A stretch of DNA of 64,000 nt from Octopus sinensis (taxonomy: Eukaryota). The stretch is taken from positions 15,686,001 to 15,750,000 of the forward strand of contig NC_042998.1 of assembly GCF_006345805.1 (NCBI RefSeq), read 5' to 3'. The notes beneath the pieces are model-generated. The model did not search any database and was not told the DNA's origin. It saw nothing but the letters and a program-made list of their open reading frames with translations. A program made the translations under genes and the position numbers. Positions 53,605 to 64,000 of this stretch are shown here, one piece after another (position 1 is the stretch's first letter; every line of letters starts with the position of its first letter).

Positions 53605-54824
53605 ATACCCCTCTGGCATATATGACTGCTTACACCCATATCTCTGTCTTCCGCATTTTCCCCCTTCCTTTTCGCTATTTTTTCCCCTTTTGTTTTCAAC
53701 GTTTTAGAGTGTGTACTGGTTTAATACAACTTCATAACTTTTTGAACAAATGCTTCTTAGAAAACTATACAGAAATGAAGGGGCTTTCGCAGAAACATTG
53801 GGTGTGGAGTATCATTTAAAGTAAGTAATAGGTTAGTAATATCTTATAAGAAGAAACTGACGGGTGGGTTGTGGGATAAACGTATAAATTCTTATACACT
53901 CTGTCAGTGAGTAACTGTATGTGTGGGTGCTGTGTTTGTGTGAGTGAGTTTGTATGTGTGTATGTGCATGTGTGTGTATTGAGTGTGTGAGTTTGTGAAT
54001 ACAGACAGATTTACAGGGGAAAATATCGCCATGGATATCAGTGACTTTATCGTAAGTATAAATAAAGAACGTAGAATTATATTCTCCCCATAGAAAGGTG
54101 TATGTATATAGACAGCCATCTAGGTGTGGGTGTATGGGTGTATGTAAGTATGTAATTGCGTGTATGTGTTTATGTGTGAATGTATGTATGTAGGTAGGTT
54201 GGTTGATAAGTAGGTGGGTAGATGTCTATGAAGGAATGTTTGTATTTAGTAGGTATATAAATACGTATATTTGTAAATAGTTATCTATGTATTTATACAT
54301 ATGTCTATGTATATATATATATATGTGTGTGTATATATATATATGTGTATGTATACACACATATATATATATATAATATATATATATATAATATATATAT
54401 ATATATATTATATATATATATATATATATATTCGATCAAGTGATTATTTTTCTAGTGTTGCTCATACAGAGATTGTATTGTTTTTAAAATGGATACCACA
54501 TTGTTTTACAAATGATGTTACCTGTGGAACTACAAAAATGTGCTCTAACAATTATCAATGTATATACAAAACCACAAGAATATGCGTATGTAGGTATAGC
54601 TTTATATGTGATTGTTGGAGTGTTATATTCATTTGTGTATATGCATATATGTATGAGTGTGTACGTGTGTGTTTGTGTGATCATGAATTTGTATGCACGT
54701 ATATCTATATATATATAATATATATATATATATATGTATATCAATATATTTGTATAATTATCAGTTTACCTATAGTTGTATGCGAAACACATATATGTAT
54801 ATACACAGATGTGTACGTATACAT

Positions 54825-54869
<45 letters not shown>

Positions 54870-54907
54870 ACATACATACATAAATACATATATATATACA
54901 TATATAC

Positions 54908-54988
<81 letters not shown>

Positions 54989-55060
54989 CATACATACATA
55001 CATACATATATATATACATATATACATATATATATATATATTATATATAATATATATATA

Positions 55061-55114
<54 letters not shown>

Positions 55115-55460
55115 CGTCTGTTATATAAAAATATTGAATCAAAAGAATTGACGCGTATAATTATATTGCGTATGATGTTTTACCTCTGAGCTATTAGAAT
55201 AACCATTGTATGCACGATAAAGTCTGCGAAAATAAACAATAATTGGTTGGAGAAAGACAGGGAAAAAATACAGAATTCAAAGAAACAATGTAGGAAAAAC
55301 AAGTAAGCTGGGAATTTAAATGAAGGAATATATACATGTACGTATATACGTTTATACATATATACATACACAGAGACACCGACATACACACACTCACCCC
55401 CCGCCACATATATATATATAGATAGATATCGATATAGACTCACACACACATATATGTATG

Positions 55461-55535
<75 letters not shown>

Positions 55536-55692
55536 ATTTACATATATGCATATATGATTATCTATGTACATATATATATATATATATGTATATTTATATA
55601 CATATATATTTTCATATATATTATATATACATATACATACATATATATATATGCATGTGGATATATATACATATACACACACATATACATAT

Positions 55693-55729
<37 letters not shown>

Positions 55730-55747
55730 GATATATATATATATAGT

Positions 55748-55799
<52 letters not shown>

Positions 55800-56352
55800 C
55801 ACAAATACACACATAGACACACATACACACATACACACATACACAACAGACAGAAATTATAGATAAAATAAACAAATTAATGCAATAAATTTCAAATGTA
55901 CAAAATTATGAAAATATTATTGAATAACTGAAAAACAGTGAAAAGCAAAGCAAAAAAAAGAAAAGAAGAAAAATTAGAAAAATCAACAAAAGAAATAGTT
56001 TGGAAAACAGCGAAAAATAGGTTTGAAATAATATCGTTAGAGAAATTGTGTGGTTTATGTGATTGTGAGTGACTGTGTGAATGTGGGTGTACCCTGCTGC
56101 GTTCATCTCTGTATATGTCTATGTCTCATTGTATGTTTCGTGGTTTATGTACGCTAACGTGTCCATATTGGGATAAGACAGTTTTTGAATACAAATTTTA
56201 GTAAATGACTAACGATCTTAATAGCATGATGTATGTGTCTACATATGAATTCGTATTGCTGTCTATACATCTCCTTTCTCAACCTCTCAACGCATGCATA
56301 TTTATATATGCGTTTATTGTATGCGTGTATATGTATATGTATATATATATAT

Positions 56353-56423
<71 letters not shown>

Positions 56424-56452
56424 ATATATGTTCGTATGAGTGCGTGTATATG

Positions 56453-56486
<34 letters not shown>

Positions 56487-57059
56487 CGTGTATGCACACA
56501 CACCTATGCATAAATTATTCATACTCTTCATAATTTTATTTTAGTGATGAAATGAATGCATTTTGTCAAGTTTATTTATGACTTATATGTGAACAACAAG
56601 TGAAGGAATATCAACAATACACAATTCAAAAACTTCTTCATTTCAAAAAATGTCATTTTCAAATTTATTCATACCTAGGTTTACCCAGCTCGAGGTTTTT
56701 GCCAGGAAAGTGTGGGCCAACAGACCACAGGAAGATTGTGTAGGAAGATTGATGCAGGAAGTTTGTGGGCAAGAGTCGTCTACAAGTAGTCATTGAAAAT
56801 AAAGGCTAATGCTATTGACAATTAAGCGAAGGTATGGGAATCAGTAATCCTAGGGTATGAAGAATTAAGTTAAACTTGAAAAATTTTTCTTTTAAATCAA
56901 CAAAATCTACAAAGGCATGAATAATTTTGAGGACGACTGTATACATATACCCAGACGCATTCACACATACACACACAAACACACACACATATATATAATA
57001 TTTACAGTATATAAACTATTACTTTCAAGCAGATGCTGAATCCTTGCTGGCGCAACGCC

Positions 57060-58660
57060 TTTCCGTGTACTTTGTTTCCTCTGTGTGATGCTTTTGAATT
57101 TGCGAGTTGGATGAAATTGGTCCTGTCTTGATGTGGATTCATCTGGTTTCTCACAGGACTTTTCCAGACGCTTTTTGAAGTCCTCTACACTTACACCTGG
57201 TAGATCTCTTTGGTCGTTTGGCAGATTGAACAGTTGTGAACCCTTCTAAGATCTTACAGACGAGATCTTTGGCACTATGCATTACCGTCTAGTTCAGTGG
57301 TTACTATAGCTTTTAGTTTCAAATTTTAGAGCTAGACGCTCAGAAATTTCTATATGTATATCACGACTTCTCAGTATTCGCGGTTTCTCTCTGGTGAATG
57401 GAGCTTCAGTAACTTTAGCCTCTCCCAGTAGCTCACCTGTTTCACAGACTCAATCTTCTTTGTGTAGTGTCACTGTATTGCTGCTACTTCTCTCAACGGT
57501 TTATGGCTCTGTAATGACCACATTTTGGGTCAGTAACCCAACCGACAAAAGTTCTCCTTAGTAGGAGCATGGTATACTTTTCCCTGGTAGTGAATGATCT
57601 CAGAATCCATCCAGGTACTCGCCTGCATACTGCACGGTGTACAGTGTTGCCATCTTCGTAACATGCACATATAATGTTGCATCATTACTCATTTGGATTC
57701 CCTGGTCACACACCAACACAGAATCGAAAATTGCCCTAACGTCTAGTCCTCTGTATTCCGATTGTAGTTTGTGAGCCTATAGTGGAGTTCTTGAAGATTC
57801 TCATCATTGAACTGCACGTTACCTTCATTAGCCCATGCAAATGTTGCATTCGAGTTGTTTAACAGTTTTAGTATGACATCATCTGTTTCACTGCCTGCGC
57901 TACTCTTGTATCATTAGCGTGACTGAAGAAGTGACTGACTGTATCGTAAGAGCATATTTATGAGATCCACTGTAAATTTAGTTGTGGGACTTTGCAGCGA
58001 ATTGATGTCCCGAGAGAAAGTACCATTGGTTGCAACCGTCTGACTTCTGCCTTTTAAAATGTCATGCAGCCATTCTCCAAGTTCTCCAGCCTTACCAATA
58101 TCCCGTAGTTTGTGACCTATCTTCCCATGATTAACTTTGTAAAAGAAGTTGAAACGTTGATATTTTGGGGGTTGAATTGCTGTTCCAGTACCAAGTTGCA
58201 ATGCAGTACTGCGTAAGGCATCTTCTCGCTTGGCGGAAGCCATGTTGACTGTTTGTGAGAGAGTTATGTTCCTCCAGGAGAGACGTTAGCCTCCTTTGGA
58301 TAAAGTTTTCCATTACTTTACAAATATGTAAAGTCAGAAATATAAGCATGTAATTTTTAGTATGTACTCTACCCCCTCCTCAATGGACAGTGAACATTAT
58401 ATCTTCTTTTAACAACCTGAGAAATTGACCACATACAAGAAAACTCAAAAATGTATCTGCAGTGATTTCTTGTGAGAGATTTCTTGCATGTCTTTTATAG
58501 AACAGCCAGGAATCTACTAAGTTCGAGTTCATCTCACCAATGCTCGTTTTTATATCTTCTTCGATTATGTTATGTAATCCATGTTTGTCCCTTTCCCTTG
58601 AAGGTCCGTGGTATTGAAAAACTCATCAAGTTTGCTTGTGTGCATCTTTCCCAGAGGAGA
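57060..58660 (-). pseudogene. CR1/L2-group LINE reverse transcriptase relic
   Basis: LHICKVMENFI...LEEHNSLTNSQHGFRQARRCLTQ, KVNHGKIGHKLRDIG..GELGEWL..ILKGRSQTVATNG, GWILRSF, YWERLKLLKL. Many frameshifts. Confidence 0.85.
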
Positions 58661-58859
58661 GATGACGAGAATTCAGAATTGATTATTTAGGATTTTGCTT
58701 ACCATACACGAGATCTGTAGTTTGTGTGCCGTCTTCTTCAGAATGGCTCTATCTTGTAGTGCACCAATCAGCGGAATAATACAGTATTATTTTAATTTTC
58801 AGGCCAAAATCAACTGGTTTCTTACTGCTTTCTTAGACTCCTTCCATATATTTTTATCT

Positions 58860-59010
58860 TTCTTCAGTGTATTCGATTGCGGTATGCTGGAACACCATTT
58901 GAAGGGTTCAGTGGAACAAAACGACGCCAGTACTTATGGTATAGAACGAAACATTACACTGACGGAAACAAATCCACAGAAGCTGTCAAGTGGTAGCCGG
59001 GCATAAAGAC
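58860..59010 (-). mobile_element. Highly decayed SINE family A 3' part
   Basis: ttcagtgtattcgattgcgg.atgctggaacacc...cagtacttat resembles the family A tail. Confidence 0.35.
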
Positions 59011-59061
59011 ACATACAAAGACACACAGAAACACAGATACACACACATACACAAACACACA

Positions 59062-59098
<37 letters not shown>

Positions 59099-59945
59099 GC
59101 ACACAAACATACTCGCACACATAAATACGCAAAACTATAAATTTTATTAAAAGTAATATTACTATCCAGCAAGTATATAGAACAATAACAGGTAGTATTA
59201 TAAATAAATACACACACACACATATGTGTGTGTGTGTGAGTGTATATATATATATATATATTAATAAATATTTATATTTAAATGCAGAGATGTACACACG
59301 TGAGTGTGCGATTGTACTCGTAGAAATAATAAATAACTAAATAAGATCCTAATACATGACATACTTTTTTATATAACGTAAATTGAATTAAATTAACTTA
59401 ATTCGAAATAGGTGTCTAGAGTACACCTAAAAAGACGAAATAGCATATGAACTTATTACCGATCAGTAGTTCCCAATAGCATTAAGAACGCGTGATCTAA
59501 TTTCAGTGCTATTTTTTGAAGCCAAAAGCGTCAAGAACGCGTGACCTAATTTCAGTGTGTTTTTTTTTTTGTTTTTAAAGCCAATAGCGTGCATACGTTG
59601 TTTATTGACTGAAGAATATATTTTTTCTACGGCTACTCTTTTACTCTTATTTTCTGATTTTGTCATCAGTATTTTAGTAACTCTTGGTGAGTTTATTCAC
59701 TCCGTAATATCAAAAAATACACGATCTTGACATTCGTAATTAACGCTAAATTAAAATAAAACTACTCTTAGATAAATATTGTTTCCCCAGTCCATAATTA
59801 TTTCATTGAACAAATTAAATAATGTTGCATTCAATAAGATTATCTGGTATACATCTTCTTGTTAAAAGCGAATAGCAACTCCGACTGTTATATTGTGGAC
59901 ACCTCTATAATTTTGGGCGATGGGTGTATATCAAATTATATTTAA

Positions 59946-60289
59946 CTAGCAGTATCGCCCGGCGTTGCTCGGGTTTGTAAGGGAAATAACTATATAACCA
60001 TTTTTAGAGATGTAATGTATAATAGCCATCTCAATATGGCTAACCACAAAGGGGGGGGGGTAACTGTAGCTTTTTACGTTCTGAGATTTAATAATAAATT
60101 TTTAGAGAGTTACTTCCCTTATATATGCCAAAAATGCATTAAAAACGGGAAAATACCCAGAAGGGCTCGATATGAATCACGACTATAAGATACCCGGTTT
60201 TGGTTAAACTGGACCGCAAAATGTGGGGGTAGTTAGGAATCTAAATCGTAGGAGACAGACAGCACACAACCTCTCTTTATATATAAAGA
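59946..60289 (-). mobile_element. Non-autonomous Helitron with canonical ends, carrying a family H 3'-end segment (60009-60071)
   Basis: Minus strand A|TC (60290|60289-60288) ... GC hairpin ... CTAG|T (59949-59946|59945): canonical Helitron termini in an AT target. Confidence 0.85.
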
Positions 60290-61001
60290 TTTGTGATTTC
60301 TATGCGAATACTTTGGAAAGTATGGCGGAATTGGACCGAATAAATTCTTTAGTCCCTTCTATATTTGCTGGAACGTTTACAGTAATTATAGATTACCTTC
60401 TGACAAATTCTTTTAGGAGTTTTCCACACTATATTTATAAACAGCATTTTAATATGCCTATCATGTAACAGTTTTATCCGAAATTACGTCCTGCCTCGTG
60501 TAAAAACGTCTATTCTGCTATATACTGCCAAAGATGTTCACCAAATTCAATAATCACCGGCTTTGCAGAGGTGGAGAGAGCACTGCTACATGTCAACTGC
60601 GCAATCATTACTGTATATCCTTCGTGCAATCGACAATATAGAACATAAGATAAGAACTAAAGCCGTGTAAACGACTGTGTTATAACCACTAATATCAATA
60701 GTGATTTCCTAAAGTTAGAATTCAATAAAAATGAATACTATCTTCATCAAGTAACGTAATACTTGCATTAATTAAATAATTATTTGCACTATGAAACCTT
60801 TTCCCTTGTCAATGCCATTCTTATTTATGTTTGTTTGCCAGTGATCGGCAAACACTGAATCTAGAGACTACAACACAAAACTTAAAAAGGGATATTTCCG
60901 TTTGTATCTTGTGTAAGAGAATTATGATGCAAAACAGTTATGAAAATTATCTATCTATCTATGTATCTATCTATCTATCTATATCTCTCTCTTTCTTTCT
61001 T

Positions 61002-61053
<52 letters not shown>

Positions 61054-61151
61054 CATGTATATATTTATAGATATATATATTTGTATATATGTGTACGTAT
61101 GTATATATTTATAGATAGATATATATTTGTATATATGTGTACGTATGTATA

Positions 61152-61198
<47 letters not shown>

Positions 61199-61244
61199 GT
61201 ATACATATAAGTGTATATATATATATGTGTGTGTGTGTATACGT

Positions 61245-61287
<43 letters not shown>

Positions 61288-61821
61288 GCACATAGACATA
61301 CACAGGCGTGCGCACGCGCACGAACACGCACACATACACAAACATACACCACTTTATTTAATTTTGCTAAAGGGCAATTTTCCTGTGATAAACAACACCA
61401 GGTACTTCGCACTTTCCATTGCTCTCTTTTGCGTATGATTTCTCACATAGTCTTTTTAAATCAGTTTTTTTTCCCTTTAGAGATACCAACACTCGGGTTA
61501 TTCTGTGAACATTGTGGTACATTTTAAAAGATTCTATATTCATGAATATATATATAAATAGCACGACTTCCCTGCCATGCAGTGTTAAAGAGAGATTAAA
61601 CTTCACATCATGTACTATTTTTATATATATTCAGTTAAATATGACAAACTCTATATCTTTAAGGGTCTAATGGAATAATTATAGTCGTTTTCTCGTATTA
61701 GAAAATTACAATTATTTCATGTGAATAACCTAGTCTATACATTTAGTTCTGCACACCAGAAGCAAAATATACATATATGTATGCATCGTTGTATGTATGC
61801 ATGTATGTATTTATGCGTGTG

Positions 61822-61867
<46 letters not shown>

Positions 61868-62345
61868 TATGATGATGACATGAGACGCGAAGCAAATGTA
61901 ATAACTTCGTAAAATCCAATGATCATATCCTATATATATAATTATATTTCGGTGTAGTATGCTCGGAGCATAGTGTACGTGACCAGTGATACTACAGGCC
62001 ACTGTCAAACTCAGGTATAAATGCTATTTCGCCCCCCCCCCACACATACACTCACATCACGTAGATGCACAAGCACACACACGAAGAGAACGCACGAACA
62101 AATGCACAAATAGAGATATGCATCTGCACTCACGAACATATATCGATGTCTACATATATGTCTGTGTATTAATCTATCAACCAACGTAGATTTATGGGTA
62201 TATGTGCGTGTGTATGTGTGTATACATATGTGTGTGTGCGTGTATGTGTGCATGCGTTTGTATTTATGTATGTAAGTATATATGAATATGTATGTGTTTC
62301 TGTGTGTGGAAGTAAACAAATACACACATGTAAAAATACATACAC

Positions 62346-62380
<35 letters not shown>

Positions 62381-62430
62381 CATATATACATACAAACGCA
62401 CACACACACACACATATATATATATACTCT

Positions 62431-62837
62431 CTCTTTACTCTTTTACTTGTTTCAGTCATTTGACTGCGGCCATGCTGGAGCACCGCCTTTAGTCGAGAAA
62501 ATCGACCCGGGAATTATTCTTTGTAAGCCCAATACTTATTCTATCGGTCTCTTTTGCCGAACCGTTAAGTTACGGGGGCGTAAACACACCAGCATCGGTT
62601 GTCAAGCAATGCTAGGGGGACAAACACAGACACACAAATATATACACACACACTTATATATATATACATATATACGACAGGCTTTTTTCAGTTTCCGCCT
62701 ACCAAATCCACTCACAAGGCATTGGTCGGCCCGGGGCTATAGTAGAAGACACTTGCCCAAGATGCCACGCAGTGGGACTGAACCCGGAACCATGTAGTTG
62801 GTTAGCAAGCTACTTACCACACAGCCACTCCTGTGCC
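62431..62837 (-). mobile_element. SINE family A, full length, well conserved
   Basis: Head ggcacaggagTGGCTGTGTGGtaag...ccGGGTTCAGTCCcac and an (AAAAGAGT)-type tail. Confidence 0.9.
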
Positions 62838-62992
62838 TATATATATATAATTATAATAAAGTGTTATTTGCAACAAGTTGCTTAAACCACATACCGAAAA
62901 TATTAGAAATAGCAGTTAAATAGGCTACTATTACTATTACTACAAAAATAAGTCTACACAAACAACAGTATTTGTTACAAATAAGTTAGTGT

Positions 62993-63056
<64 letters not shown>

Positions 63057-63058
<2 letters not shown>

Positions 63059-63720
63059 GGAGAGAAAAAATAATAAGACAGAATGCTAAGCTGAAAGCAA
63101 ATTTTAATAAAAATGGATGTAAGAAAAATTTAAAAAAGGAAATCAAATCGGCTTTGATTGTACGGGAAATTTTCAAGATTTGGAAGGGAAAATTTTTATT
63201 TAAATGGAGGAAGGAAAAAAAATTCTTAATAATGCAAGCTCCACGGTGACCGTATTACTTTTTCTAGCATCCTATCTGGAAAAAATAGATACAAGCATCC
63301 TGTTTGACAAAAAATCCAGAATTGCATTTAAAGAGTATAGAATCCATAGAATTGTTTCCCCTTATTCACAGGAACTGGATAACTCCTACCTCATTTCTTG
63401 TTTTGTCACATAAACAGCCAGCCTTCTCAAACAAAACACTACACCAAAACACATTCCAAAGAAGTTTTTCCATGGAATAATATTGACCTCTTAAAGGATA
63501 AAGACACTACAATGTATTGGTATGCAAATTAATAATTTTTGTATATATTTATTATTATTTTGAAAAAAACATTGTAAATTTTTTTCCCCTTCTAAATCTT
63601 GAAAATTTGCCTTGCAATGAAAGTCGATTTGATTTCCTTTTTTAAAAATTTTTCTTACACCTATTTTTATTAAAATTTGCTTTCAGTTTAGCATTCTGCC
63701 TTATTATTTTTCATCTCCTA
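63057..63720. repeat. Long inverted repeat, arms of about 140 bp with a ~380-bp spacer (foldback/MITE-like)
   Basis: 63057-63197 (taggagagaaaaaataataagacagaatgctaagctgaaagc...) is the diverged reverse complement of 63576-63720. Confidence 0.8.
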
Positions 63721-63763
63721 TCATTTCTCCACGTGCAGTTACCACAACCCCACCAGTTACTGA

Positions 63764-63811
<48 letters not shown>

Positions 63812-64000
63812 ATACATGTGCTCCACAAGGTTTGAGGCGGTTGTAGGAACGCATATATAACAGTCCTAGATCAGGGTAATTTTAGTGCACCATCAATATA
63901 CATATTATAAGCTAATCTGCACAATTTGTTTTTCTAGATTGAAGGAGACGCTTGTACAACACTTTTAATTCACCTCCCAAGACAGTGCTTGACACGGTTT

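Overview
AT-rich eukaryotic, repeat-dominated intergenic or intronic DNA. The dense (TA)n/(CA)n/(CATA)n tracts and the tRNA-derived SINE set suggest an octopus; this is an inference from pattern recognition, not a database match. No intact host protein-coding gene could be supported, and most ORF-track entries are microsatellite translations. Recognisable content: several tRNA-derived SINE families, four copies of a non-autonomous Helitron, three mariner relics, and decayed non-LTR retrotransposon fragments (CR1/L2-like x2, RTE x2, HERO-like, CRE-like). The most striking signal is absent from the ORF track: 11 type I hammerhead-ribozyme-like folds in about seven short repeat families (labels E, F, G, H and singletons are mine). 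Nearly all have a self-complementary stem III, several show cross-family covariation, some carry unusual cores (CUGUNGA, CCGACGA), and three insertions are 'tail-out' inverted dimers, as expected for non-autonomous Penelope-like/retrozyme-type elements. A Helitron subfamily also appears to have captured the 3' end of one of these families. All folds were made by eye and none has been tested for cleavage.
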